From: Octopus vulgaris
Lineage: Eukaryota
DNA length: 64,000 nt
Reading direction: 5' to 3'
Assembly: GCA_951406725.2 (NCBI GenBank)
Contig: OX597820.1
Span: 12,400,001-12,464,000, forward strand
The translations under genes were made by a program, and so were the position numbers. The stretch's first letter is position 1. Each line of letters begins with the position of its first letter. The notes below the pieces were generated by a model. That model saw nothing but the letters and a program-made list of their open reading frames with translations, was not told the origin of the DNA and made no database searches. Positions 40,249 to 54,419 of the stretch are shown piece by piece.

Positions 40249-41617
40249 ATATATATATATATACATATATACGCGCGCGCGTGTGTGTGTATGTAGGTGT
40301 GTGCGTGCTTTTCTTTATGTTCACTTGGAACTGCATTGCCCGAAAAAAGTGTTACTTAATTCTAAATATTACACGATGCATCGGTTGGTTTCGTTAAAAT
40401 CTGACGATGTGAAAAACACATTTCATCCTTGGATGTGTGGGTTTTGTGATGTGGTCTGGTGGTGTTCCGGCGTTTAGTGAAAGCGAATGATTATCCATAT
40501 TCCATACTTTAGAAATACCATGTACTATCAACTGTAATTTGGAATTTTAAAATTTTAGCTTTATTTATGTAAAAACATTTAAAACATGCACACACACATA
40601 CACATAAATACACACACACACGTGTGATCTATTTACTATTGAAGTCTGGTATAAAATTCTAGTCACCTGCCACTGTATAAATAATAACATTCACGATGCG
40701 TACTTGTTTGTTCGATAAGGAACTCATTAACCCAAATTATTGATATATACACCCGATTTATTTCGCTCCAGTAGCTTCCGGACTTTAAGGTTGCAATGCA
40801 TGTACCTATCGTGTGACATAGAATTCGGTAAACAAGAATGGTAAAAATGATGAAATCTGTTAAGTGGGAAGAAGCTACCTATTACATCTGGTAGTCCAGT
40901 CTCTATCGACTCTTTTAACTCTGGTTTTCGATATATTAAGTTCAAATAAGAAACGACATATATCTGTTAATGAAAGAGATGGCATAATAATTAGTGTGAT
41001 TGATATATAGACAGAAACAAAGAAAATCGTTTGTCGGTGAGCGTGTGTTTTTGTGTTTATGTTAATGAAATCTATTAAAAGCTTCATCGTTAATACTTCA
41101 TTATGTAATCTAAACTCTAACGAAATTACACTTTCAATCACATTAAACGAATTCTTGTGACAATGAATTTAATTTATATTCTGTATTGTTATGTATGTTT
41201 TAACTTATATCAGCGGTTCTCAACCGGAGTCTATATGGCACTTGAGAGTTCATATCAGATTTTGTTGCAAATTTTAATGTGTAATAAATTGGCTACAAAA
41301 TTATTTAAAAATTTATAAATTGCTACAATAAAATAGGTGCTAGCCCTAGGTGATGGTGGTGGTGGGGGTGCTTGCCTCCCCTTCGCAAATATAAGGACAC
41401 AGGAAATGTGTCAAAGCCGACAAGAAGCGTCGATGCTTCCTAGGGCTAAATAGCGGTGGCGTGATTCCCTTTACGGGACTGTCACGTTAAGTTGACCGTA
41501 TACAACCACTCTATCGCTCGAGCACCGCTCATGTCTCTCTGAGACATTTAGAAATGCAATATTTCTAATATTAAAAAAAATAGTTTTAAATATACACTAA
41601 CGATTAAATGTTATAAA

Positions 41618-42612
41618 ATATTTATAATCATGTCATTATACAATAGGAACAATTAACAGGATGAGAACAAATAGTATGCTACACCAAGTATGGCAAATGT
41701 TAAAGGACACAAAGTCAGCAATTTTGGGGAAGGTGGGTAGTTGATAAAATTGCCCCCAGCACTCACCTGGTACTTATTTTATCTAACCCCAAAGTTATAA
41801 CAGCAAAATCGACCGCGGTGGATTTGAACTCAGAACGTAAAGACAGACTAAATGCTACTTAGCAGCTTGTCTGTTATGCTAACGACTCAGCCAGTTCGTC
41901 GTTTTCTAACAGCAAAATATTGGTTTGAAATTTTTGGGGAGGTATCAATTAGATTAAATCAACCTCAATGCTCCACTGCGGAATTTGATCTCAAAACTTA
42001 GAGACGAAATGCCGCCAAGCATCTTGCACGGCATGCCAACGATTCTGCCAGCTCACCGCCTTCTAACGATAAAATATCCTTTTCTACTCTAGGCACAAGA
42101 CCCGAAATTTTTGGGGAGGATGCTCAATCAATTAGATCAACCTCAGTACACAACTGGTACTTAATTTATTGACCCAGAAAGGTTGAAAGGCAAAGTCGAC
42201 CTCGGCGGAATTTGAACTCAGAACGTAAAGACAGACGAAATACCTATTTCTTTACTACCCACAAGGGGCTCAACACAGAGAGGACAAACAAGGACAGACA
42301 AACGGATTAAGTCGATTAGTTCGACCCCGAAAGGATGAAAGGCAAAGTCGACTTCGGCGGAATTTGAACTCAGAACTTAAAGACAGACAAAATACCTCTA
42401 AGCATTTCGCCCGGCATGCTAACGTTTCCGTCAGCTTGCCGCCTTCTTCTAACGATAAAATATTGATACAATACTCCTTCGATTAGTAGCACAAAACATA
42501 ATTCACATTAAAAGCCTATTGCTCCTTTAACATTTGTCATACATGGTTTAACATTACATTAGTTCTCATCCTGTTAATTGTCCCTATTATATATAGCCAT
42601 GGTTATAAATAT
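41618..42612. repeat. ~90-bp inverted repeats (41618-41707 and 42523-42612) enclosing a SINE cluster
   Basis: acaattaacaggatgagaac...caaatgttaaagga versus tcctttaacatttg...gttctcatcctgttaattgt. Confidence 0.8.
41708..42445 (-). mobile_element. Cluster of 3-4 SINE family A copies, including a dimer
   Basis: Repeated cores and heads, with heads ending at ~41903, 42062 and 42445. Confidence 0.9.
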
Positions 42613-44730
42613 ACGTACCTATTAGCCAGAATACTGACAATGTATCCCAAATGATCCTCATAAAGCAAGCTGAACGTTTCGACTTCCAATTTAAATCGCA
42701 AATTAAATATACTTAAAAATGTATTCGCTCATAATTTGTCGGAAGTTTTTATTACCTTGTGAAAGACAACTTAAAATTCATGCATAATAGTTGTTTTATT
42801 CTCCTTTGTCAGAATCCCTGATTACATGTTAAGAACGACAATAATGAATTGAATGCTTAATGTTGCGATTCTAAAATTTAAAACTAGTTAAATTTATTGG
42901 GCAAATTGAGGATAAAATAAGAAATCATTGACGAAGCAGAAAACTAATACAAAACAGGAAATTGTCTTGGAATTCAAATTGTCGAAAGAATTGCCTTCAA
43001 AGAATACCGACATTTAAAATAATCTGCAATATATAGAAGAAAACACAAATTTGGTAATACTGAGCTGTACCAATGTAACAGATATAGGAAAGTAATATGA
43101 TGCTTCGTCATTTTGTCAAATTCTAAGCGTAAATGCTGAAAGAAGTTTATTTTCACTAAATTGCAATGCATTTGCATACTTTTGTAAAGAAATGTTCAGA
43201 TCGCGTTGATTAAGAACTCAATATGCAAGATCTGAGTGTCAATAGACATCTTTGTCCGGAAACGTGTCAGATATCGGAAATAGATAACGCTCTACTATAT
43301 ACAGAAACCTAGACTGAAAGACACATACACAGAAGAGTAGAAAGATAGCTATATCGATGAGTACAAATAAAGTGGTGGAAAACGGGACTTTATTTGGTAA
43401 TAGAGGCTATGATTTTGATGATAGTGATGCTGCAGATGAAGATAATTGTGATGTTGTTGAAAATGGAGATACGAAAAAATGGTTGTATTGATTATGATAA
43501 GTCCTTCAATTTCACTCATAACATAATCTATAGTAGTCCCATCATCATCATCAACATCATATCCACAAACCCTACTACCTCATAATGTTATCTTAAACGA
43601 ATATTCAAATGTCGACAGAATAAACGAACACTGTTTTAAGAGTTACTGAAAATGTTGTACATTAAAATTCTCACACCGGTAGCTATTACTGTAAATTATA
43701 CATGCGAATATTATATACGTAAATACTTTTATTGCCATAGAATATACTCACTGCTGGATAATCTGTTAGAAGATCACTCTAATAACAGCCCTAGGGGACT
43801 GATTTTACTTTGCAAACATATCCAATGTCTTTAAGTTTTTATATTTCTGTCCAACAAGCTGTAAGAAAATAATATCTGTGTCGGTTGTATAAAGGACATA
43901 GCATTCATTGACCATAACTTCATTCACTTGAAGTCTACATTCATGAGATACTTTGCCTAGTTTGGAATCACATTTCTGTAATCAGACTATAAAGCATCGT
44001 ATAAAAGAAATCAGTGCCTCGTTTTATCACTGGACATATATTATATTAGTTAGGTGCATCATGACTATGATTTTACAGTAATTTCTGCTTTAAATTTGAT
44101 ATGAAATTTGATCCATATATGTTTCGGCAGTGTATGACAAACAGTTCTAGCGCTGGCGTTAGCGTTAGGGCTAGGGTTATTATTTTCAATGCCATACGAC
44201 AATACTTTTGTTGTAACAACATATTTACACTTATTTGCATAAAACAGAGTATTGTATTGAAGAACTGCTTAAAGTTTTATGCAATTCCATGAAAAGCATA
44301 GTATCGTAGACATTACTGATCCAAAATATTTTTAGGCAAGCCAGATACGGCGTTCCTTTGTGTATATTCCTGTTACCAGATCCATGTGTATATTACTTAT
44401 GTAAACTTGAATGATGAACTTCGATCAAATGATTGTATATGCTTATGAAACATAAAAATCAAAGGAAATGCTGAGGGTTGGGTGAAGTTAATCTATTTCA
44501 ACGACACGGCATATACTCCTTTCTATAGTGCTAAGTGCTATCATTTGTGTGCCATAAGGTTTAATGTTTCCAAATACAAATAAAAATGGTCGGATATGAG
44601 ACCGGCACAAATTCCGTCACCTAACGATGGAACAATTTGCTCCTTTTTCTGCTTGTTTGTATATATTCGAAATTTTATTAACATCTCTTCAAAGATCGTT
44701 CACATATTCCAGTCTAAACAGGGCAATAGG

Positions 44731-44817
44731 TTTACTTTATTGTATACGTTTACTCATTGTATACGTTTATTTTATTGTATACGTTTACTCATACGTTTAC
44801 TCATTGTATACGTTTTT
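44731..44817. repeat. ~16-17-bp minisatellite (tttactcattgtatacg)
   Basis: About 5 imperfect tandem copies. Confidence 0.85.
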
Positions 44818-45023
44818 ATTACAAACCTATCGATTCATTTCTGTCAGCTGTCCTTCATACACCTACAAGAATATTCATATGTATATTATTGTATATATAT
44901 ATATATATATAAAATAGTAAAAAGTGAAAAAACTACAGAAGGCTTGTTTTAAAAGGTTAAAAAATATATATTTGAGTCATTATGTCAGAAGAATGTTATA
45001 AATTTTTTCATACAATATTGCCA

Positions 45024-45057
<34 letters not shown>

Positions 45058-45414
45058 TGGCAATATTGCGAATAAGGATTACTTCGAAGTAGCAACAGCA
45101 TTACCTTTAATTCTATAATCATATACTGCTTTTAACCGTTGCAATTGCAAACCTCGTATAATACGGTGCAGTCTCTTCAGGTTTTTAACTTGATGTTTCT
45201 GTGTTGTATAATGTAGAGTTGTCCGTTCTTACTGGCTAATCATTTTTAGTTCATCATTTGAAAACCTAGTATAATTTAAATGATAATCACTAATTAATAT
45301 TTGGCAAATATAAATTTCCACATGTCCAAGCATCTCAGTGCTTGCTCATGTCTAGAACTTATTGCATTAACCTTGGATGTGAGAATTCTATAAAATCTTT
45401 CTACACGTAGGTCA

Positions 45415-45532
<118 letters not shown>

Positions 45533-46168
45533 TATATGTATACGTATATGTACATATTTACATATATACGTATATACATCAGTGGGCACAGGACGTCACA
45601 GAACGTAAAAAGCATAAAATACGACACGACAATACTAAATACGAATACATGGAATATGAACTTTTTTTACGAATAACGAAAGAAACAAATGGAAAACAAG
45701 GAAAGCAACATAAACAACAGTTATCGGCTGTTTTCTAAATCCTTATCTCGAGCAATTAACCAGATAGGCCTTCGATAAATCAGTTGCACCCGCAAAGCAA
45801 ATTAAATGAAATTTGGGATTTTGCGGAGGGTCAAAATTGGTAAGAAAAACAAGACAGTGAAAAGAAACAGGAAGAGCTGCTAAGCCTAAACGAGTTTAGG
45901 TGGCGAATGCGGAGGGGTAAGCTTGGATAGGTGTCAGACAAGAATGCGTCTGATCCCTCCAGCTATGTCAGAAGGGAAGAGAGAAACACAACTTAGGAAA
46001 CGAAAGATGGCCGATGGTTATGTGGGAGCAACAAGAGAGCAAAGGAGAAAGAGTGAGGGAGAGACAGTGACAGGCAGAGAACGGTGAAGGGGAGAAGGAG
46101 AGATAAAAGAATTAGAGAAAGGAAGAGAGAAAACGGAAGAGTAGCAGAATATATATATATATATGGGA

Positions 46169-46235
<67 letters not shown>

Positions 46236-46923
46236 TGTACGTTCATATATATATTTATATTGCGAGAACAAAAATGGCGGCGATGGTATTATTTTTAATC
46301 TTTCATATACTTATATGCTCACACAAAAACCAACAGAGACAGACATACTAACTGACCTCTGCATATACGCACTAGCTAATACATGCACGTATATTCTCGG
46401 CATCATTTGTCGCTCTGTCACTATACTCAAATTCACACATATACACTCATGCGCACCATATATTTACAAACATGCAGACATAAGTACAGACAAGCAGACA
46501 ACACACACACACACTCACACATACAAACACACATGGACATTCGTATGAACACACACACATATATATATACACACACACATATTTCACAGTGAGTAGACTC
46601 ATAGAAGAAAAGAGAAACTGGAAGTTTTCATGCAATTTGATATCTGGTAGCAATATTCGTGTTATAGAACAGGGGCCACTTCTAATGATTATATAATCCG
46701 AACTCTTTATGTAAACATTTGCGTTTTTCGATAAAGCACTAGCGTGGTATTTTAATGTTTTATTTGCGATGTAGGGTTATTTATTGCCCCCTTCTATTTC
46801 TATGTCAGTCCAGTTGAAAAAGTGACAATAACAAAGAAATCATTATAAAAATGGAACACTTCTTCACAATTACTGATTAATTGTATCTACACTTTTAATT
46901 ATAATTCATTTTAATTATTTCAG

Positions 46924-47048
46924 ATTACGTCGAAAAGGAGAGATGTTTTTCCATAGCCGCTTTGTGATTTTAACCGTTGTTATTTTGTGCGTTCTTGACT
47001 GCGCCTTGGTCCTGGGAGAACTTATTTTGGACTTGCACAGTGTTAGAG
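46924..47048 (+). CDS. HVCN1: Coding exon: S0-S1 helix of voltage-gated proton channel (LRRKGEMFFHSRFVILTVVILCVLDCALVLGELILDLHSVR)
   Basis: tttcag acceptor and G|gtaagt donor. The peptide aligns by eye with human Hv1 [33 protein letters not shown], keeping the D112, E119 and D123 equivalents. The symbol denotes the family; orthology versus paralogy is unresolved. Confidence 0.9.
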
Positions 47049-47499
47049 GTAAGTGATTTGCTTTACCCTAATTATTGTAATCGGTAGAATAATGTTTTAT
47101 GAGAAACTAAAATATATTTTCTTAGGAAAGATATATAAATATTGTTACCAAATTGCCAAATATTTCTTAGGTTACTTTTCTTTGGAAAAGAAATATGAGG
47201 CACTTAGTCTTTGATATAAACAAAGAACCATTCCTTTTCTTTTTGTATATCAATATGAGAACATGATACATAAAAATCCCAAACATATCTAAATTTATCA
47301 TTGCAAGCGTTTTATTTAAGAATTTGAGTCTACGATTATCTGTCCTATAATTAAAATTCCTTAGTCTTATGACCGCCATGCATTATCTATTTAATCTTTG
47401 TATTATTTGATACATAGGTCAGTAATTAATAGATCACTAATAATAAGTCATAGATTGCTGGCCGTCTATCATTGTATTAATATCGCTCGTCTACATACC

Positions 47500-48600
47500 A
47501 TTGATGAAAAGTCAGAGCTCTTTGTTACACAGTTTGTTGGTTTCATACCTCTTTACTAATAATTATTTTTCTAATCATCTTCAAAGTATATTTCATTGTT
47601 CTGTAGCCGTGATTGTTATAACATTGATACTGTTCCTCAAAGGAATATAAAAGGATTGAGATTTATATTCACTAAACCACCCGTTCGCCAGCCTAAAGCA
47701 GAGACACATGAAGCACCACATGGAACGAAATCATTTACATTAGTTTGTAATAAGACGGATTATACGAGTACTTAGCAGAATAACCTTTTGTTTTGATTAC
47801 AGTAGTAATCCCTCTGGCCAGGGAAGCGATAAGATTCTTTAACTCCTGCGATTTATGATTATACAAGCATTCATCTTTCTTACAATAAATTGAGTTCAGC
47901 ACTGTCTGATACTTGAACAGAAATTCTTGTTAGTCTCTCTCTTGCTAAGTTCAGGGATGTTTCCAGGCTATTGTTAAGTGTTCACTTTATAGGTTTTCAA
48001 CAAGTTTAACTAGATTTAGCTGTAGGGCCTTGAGAATAATCTGGTTGAAAAATTACTTCCTGTGAATGACACGTAAAATGGCAATGACAGAGAAATAAGT
48101 TCGTTTCCAAAAAATTTCTGTTTTGTTTTTTTAGCGTTCTCTCAATAATTTGAAGGCAGATAACAATCCTAAAACTGATAGTATTCTTCATTGTTTCTCT
48201 AACACAGTTAGAAAGAAATGTTCTCACGATTTGTATTTCACATATTTCAATCAATCGTTTCCAAAGATTGAGCTTTTTCGCTTCATTTCTCGATGACTTT
48301 GTGCTAAACTTCTGCTATCTGTCTCTAACCAATAAAAAAAGATTTTCCGATTCTCAAGAACATTCCTGCGTGGTCCATTTTTACGTCATATTCATACTCT
48401 AAATCCAATTCCAAAATGCTTCTGTATCTTATATCTATGTTGCTTTAACTAAACCCACCATCTGCTAGCATTTGAGGTATTTCCTTTTACGTATATGGCA
48501 ATCAAAAAGAACGAAGTAAATGTTAAGTCACTTACCATGCTCTCTTGTGTTTCTTCTGTTCTTGTGAATTTAACCCTAATCGTCGTCTCATCTCTCCTAT
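47500..48600 (-). mobile_element. RTE-like LINE RT relic
   Basis: Degenerate TGK(I)FNxII.. and post-YADD-like segments on the - strand. Confidence 0.4.
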
Positions 48601-49071
48601 ACTGGATTTTGTTGCACCTTCTCACTGTCTTTTAGCTAATTGTTAAAAGAATAAAACAAGGTATTGCACATTACTTAATCATCGTTATATGTTTTATCTT
48701 ATATCTAAGCTTTCTATAATATGTAATTTTCTAGATTGTATAATTTAATTTTTCATTATTGAATTGATAAAATGTGTTTTTTTTCTAATTTATATATATA
48801 TTATATTTTGTGAAATTTGATTTAGTATTTCTAGATTGAATTTTTCCCTGTAAGTTTGGAATAATATTCCCTCATATTATATATATATATATATATATCG
48901 GAAGGTTTGGAGATGATGTACAGTTATTATATATTAGAAAAATTGAGGTAATCAGATCAGATGGTTCATATTTGTAGATAATTATTTATATATTACATTT
49001 TTTACATATATATCATATCATATCATTCGGATTTCGGATTAGCGCTTGCTCCCATTCTAGTGGGCTTTTCA

Positions 49072-49111
<40 letters not shown>

Positions 49112-49115
<4 letters not shown>

Positions 49116-49342
49116 CTTTATTTAAAGTAGCAGAAAATTCAACAAAACCTGTTACTCTGAGTTTCCCGTTGCCGCTCATCGGAGAGTTTTTGCTAGCAAA
49201 ACTGTCCGATGAACGGCAAAGGGAAACTCAGAGTAACAGGTTTTGTTGAATTTTCTGCTGCTTTAAATAAAGCATATTACTCTACCACTGGTATTTGAGT
49301 ACTCTTTTTCCACCTTGTTTCACATTTATGTGTTTACTCCGG
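49112..49342 (+). mobile_element. Fold-back element with loop-less centre (gctagc) and 3' extension, between (TA)n tracts
   Basis: ~82-bp arms around 49194/49195; a unique extension runs to ...tactccgg, then (TA)n. Confidence 0.75.
49202..49239 (+). ncRNA. Minimal hammerhead-like motif (CCGAUGA core, GUA site, weak stem II)
   Basis: CTGT CCGATGA ACGGCAAAGG GAAA CTCAGAG TA ACAG. A mirror copy on the - strand has a cg-gcaa-cg stem II. Confidence 0.5.
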
Positions 49343-50427
49343 TATATATATATATATATATACAGGTGTGTGTGTATATATATATATATACACAGGTGTG
49401 TGTGTGTGTGTATGTGTGTGAGTGTGTGCGTGTGTTTGTGGCCGTCGTTTCTGATTTTCATATTTTGAGATTTCGAGGTAATGATGTACAACATTTTAAA
49501 AGTAGTTTTACTAAAGAAGTCGGAATATGTCAACTTACACAATAGGCTTGATACATTTTACATTCTGTGAATACATTAATCCCTCGGCTATCATGAGTCT
49601 TACGTCCCAGAAACTCCTGTGATAGGTGAAAATCTGCGAAGTAGAAACAATACTGTACCGTTTATTTTCTTTTATTATTTTTACAATTTGTATATATTTA
49701 TTGCATTACAAATGCAAAACTACACCACGGAGGAATCGTCGTAAGCTTAAATAATAAACTGCGATAGGTGAACCGAGTTATAGCGAAGGATTACTGTATG
49801 TATAACATCTGTTTGAAGCTGTATGAAATAATAAATGTGTATGAAAATTGTATTTTCTGACAACTTAGCGGAAGTTACGTAAATAAATCCGTAATAGCTT
49901 GATATACACAGAGACACAGAGGTTGAAACAGTCACGTGAGTGTATGTGTGTGTGGATGTTAATATATTTACACACACACACACATTTGTACGAGTGGTTG
50001 TATGTTTGTGTATATGCATGCATGTGATAATGTTTGCTTAATAAATATATAAGCGTACATCCAAGAAACATTTATTTAACTAATACGCGTTACTCTCGAC
50101 ACTTCTCTCATGTAAATAAGTAAAAAGTATGCACATTGTTCATCGTATGTTTGAGTTGTTCTGAGCTACTCCATATCTGTGTACAACACGCAAATATTTC
50201 TGATGAACCAGAGATCAAACAAACCTAGTCTATTTATTCAACCTCTCTTTTCGAAAAAGCTCTGCAGTTTAACCGCATTATCTGTTTACATGTCGAATCG
50301 AAACGTATTGTTACCCGCCGACATGTTAATTTTTAAAAAAATTGAAAAGATTGTCCCAGTATGCACTCCACAAATAGACATGTATTCTTATGTTCTATTT
50401 GTAATTAAAATCCATTGAGAAATGCAG

Positions 50428-50531
50428 TTATATAGTACTGTAGTTATTCTTATATAGTACTTTAGTTTATCTTATATTTACTCTTATATAGTACTGTGAT
50501 TACTCTTATATTGTAGTGTATTTACTCTTAT
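50428..50531. repeat. ~22-bp degenerate minisatellite (cttatatagtactgtagttatt)
   Basis: 4-5 imperfect copies. Confidence 0.75.
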
Positions 50532-51721
50532 TTGAAAATGCAGTTTCATTTATAGAGTAATTTCATTAATTTGGAATCCAGATATCGTCTTTTTATATAT
50601 TAAATTTTTTCGGTATAGGTTATCAATTATTTATTAATATTTTCATTTATTTGTGCGTCACAATATATATATATTTTTAATAAATATCTTCAACTTAGCG
50701 ATTCAGTTGTTCTATATTCCTGCAAACTTATCGTTTGAATTAACCTTTTCCAGTTGTTATACTATCCACAGGTGTATAGAATGGCATTTATAATTTTATG
50801 GAAAACTAATGCATTGTGTATATATATTATATTCAGGCGATGCACATTTTCCATGCAACATTACTTTCAAAATTCTGAAAGAGTATTATTTCTGAGTAAA
50901 TGAAATAGTATATGATAGTGATTCGTGCATGTTTAATATCAGTGGTGTTTCATTATAAATGTTGCTTGTTCTCAGCATCAGAGGAGCTTCAAATTTACAA
51001 GCAGTTCTTATGCGAAAGACATTCCATGTCCCATCTATTTAGAAATCGAATGTTCTGAAAGCAAGGCAGCTGGCGTCAGTGACGCGGAAACTGATTTACT
51101 ATCAGGAGTTGTCATACACGAGAAAAATTATATAGAAAATTTTATCAAAACACATATTATTGTAGAGACTCTTATTTCAGAAACACTTTGCAGCTCATCT
51201 GAAGCAACTATTTGGTTATTTCCAAGAAGTATATGTAACCATTTACAACGCATGAAAAGGTTGATGAAATATATTTATAACGAGAGAGATAGATAGAGAG
51301 AGGGAGAGAGAGATAGTGGGTGTGTGATAACGTATCAAGTCAAATGGAAATTTTCATTTCAACAGCAAATACTGGTGCCAATTTCACCAACAATTGCACT
51401 TAACCATGCAAACAAAAATGCACATTTTGGCAAGCAGATATTATTTATGTTTGTCTATATGTGCGTAGTCGTATGAATATAAAAATCACCACAGGAAAAC
51501 ACAAGCAGGCGCTCTCTCGCTCTCTCGCTCTCTTACTCTCATGCATAGGCGCTCACACCCACATATAGACCTCTATATATGTGTGTAGATACACGCGCAC
51601 ATGCGTTCACATGACCTACACACATATATACACATATGAATATAAATGTACATATGCAAGCATATATATATATAATTCAATACCCATATATATATGCATG
51701 TATGTGTATATGTATGAATAC

Positions 51722-51769
<48 letters not shown>

Positions 51770-51816
51770 CACACACACACAAATACACACATATCTATCA
51801 ATTTATATATATATAC

Positions 51817-51876
<60 letters not shown>

Positions 51877-52212
51877 GGTTTTGCCGTCGCAATTGCGAAA
51901 TATTTTTCTCATACCCGTAGCAATTTTGAAATATACGTAAATGATAACTTTAAGTTTCCAAGTCATATTTTTGTACATACGAAAGGATAGCCATATTATA
52001 TATTTGAAATTACTTTTGAAATAGTTTGTAATTATGCAGCTCACTCTAAAGAGCTACGCTTAGAAAATAATTTTGTTTCTATCAGAGAAAGCAGTTAAAC
52101 TTGTCCATGTATTCTTAAGTTTAGGGTCTATATTTCTCCAGCTCAGTATTTTCTCCGTGCAAATGTCTAGGAATTGGACGTACATAAATACATACATACA
52201 TACATACATACA

Positions 52213-52246
<34 letters not shown>

Positions 52247-52719
52247 CATACATACATACATCAATATCTTAGCATAAAGTTCCATCAAATTTATGACATC
52301 ACACTTGGAATGCTACATCCATACAATCCAAGAACATAAGATCCCCACCAAGTACCTAAAACATAAAAAGGAAACAAACGGTGACAGAGAACGTAGGCTG
52401 TAAAGGTACATTATTAACAACTATGAAAATATGTTTTCGAGGTTTTTTTGCTGGTCAGAATGTTCTGGAATAGGATAACAAAAAGAAAAAGGCTACCTAC
52501 AAAGGAAGCTGACCATATTGAAATGATGGGTCAAATGAATACTGGTAGAACTTGGAAATTAAAGCAACTACTAAGTTAAAACAAAACCAGCCAGATATTG
52601 TTATGTAGAACTACAATTTCTCTTGGATTATTTGTGGAAAATAACGTGTTGTTACCTGAAATTCATTAAAACAATGTAGTGTGTACTATTTTGAGGACGA
52701 CTGCAAATGTAGTAATATT

Positions 52720-53075
52720 GCTTTGAGGGTAGGAGCTAGTCGATTACATTGAACCCCAATACTTTGCAGGTAGTTAGTTTATCGACTCCGAAAGGATCAA
52801 AGGCAAATTCGATCAGAGCGGAATTTGAACTCAGAACGTAAAGACGGATGAAATGCCGTTAGGCATATTTTTCTTTTGTACTCTAGGCACAAGGCCCGAA
52901 ATTTTTTGGGTGGGGTCAGTGAATTAGATCAACCCAGTACACAATTGGTACTTAATTTATAGACCCCGAAAGTATGAAAGGCAAAGTCGACTTCGGCGGA
53001 GTTTGAACTAAGAACGTAAAGACAGAAGTATCGCTAAGAATTTCGCCGGTGTGCTAACGTTTCTGCCAGCTCGCA
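52720..53075 (-). mobile_element. Two tandem SINE family A copies
   Basis: Two cores (52780-52850 and 52945-53020). Confidence 0.85.
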
Positions 53076-54419
53076 GGATTAAGCCAGTAGTAATATTGAT
53101 TAAACAACGTTTAGAAAGCCTCATTGTTATAATGTCAACAAAGAGAAGAGAAATATGTTATTATCTGGTTATAAATGTTCTAAATTTCATATTATAAGGG
53201 AGCTATCTTTCAAAGTTTCAGAAGAGAATCTCGTTACTATCATAAAATATAAAACAAACATTATGACTAAGAAGTTGTTTAATGTGTTTTTATGCTACAG
53301 TAACTTTTATGACTGAATAAAGAGTCGTTATATATATATTAATCTACATAGTCATATGAATTTTATTTGAACTGATCCCTTCGTAAATATAAAAGGAACA
53401 AGTAAAACCCCAAAACTCGATTTTATGTCAATCAAATACTGTGAATGAAGTAAATAGTATAACAACATTTTTTCAACTCATTTCGAATAGGTATTTGCTT
53501 GAATAGGTAATTTTAGCAATGGATAATGTAAAAACTGGTGTTTCCAAATACGATTACGCATTTTGAGCAATAAGCTAACGATTTACTCCCAGTCGCTCCA
53601 TTCTCTCGTTACGTTCGAAATTGTTAATCGGTACAGATGTAAAACCATTGACAAAAACGTATGTATATGGCTTCTTTTCGTACACAACATCACATACATA
53701 TATAGGTTCATACAGGTTTAAACACAAAAGCTGCCCTGCGCATATTATTTTTCTAGCTTGGAGTAGTGCTTTTCAAATGACCAATTTAATGTATATAATA
53801 GGAAATCCAAACAATATGATTTATCATCTGCTACTAATATACATACAAATGTACCCTCAAATATGTATATATATATATATATATAAATATATATATCTGT
53901 GTGTGTGTTTTTGAGTATGTGTGTGAATTCGTTTGTGAATGTGTTTGTGTGTGCGTATCTTTGTGGCTGTGTGCGCGTGTGTGAAATTATATCATCGAAT
54001 AACAGACTATATGATTTTGTGTGTTTTATGTGCATTCAAATGTTATGATAAAAGAAAGTTGGTACATCAAGATGTAGAAATGCAATGAAAGGCAAATAGA
54101 ATAATATGAACAAATTAATAGTCATGTTTTAGCAGATTTCTTTGGCTGTATTGATTTTTGATACCTTGGTCTCTAAATTTCCTTTCACTCTGTACGCTTT
54201 GACTTATTACACAGTTTTGTCTCTTTCTCTCTCCGATTTTATTGAACACTCTTGCATATACGCAAATTATATTTGCCTGTGTCTATGTATGTTCGTATCT
54301 GAGTTGCCAATCCAAATGCGACAATGATATACATTTCATTAACAATGTGGTCTTCCAAGGTTGAACAGCCACTTTTGGGTTCACACAACAATCACCGTAT
54401 GAAAGTGGACGATGCCAAT

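Noticed and set aside
44150-44180. Telomere-like ttagcg/ttaggg/ctaggg run
   Set aside because: Only about 3 degenerate units; too short to call an interstitial telomere.
46924-47048. TMEM266 or voltage-sensing phosphatase identity
   Set aside because: S1 has the Hv-type LD..LV..EL.LDL pattern with the selectivity Asp, which TMEM266 lacks. Hv is the better call pending the S4 sequence.
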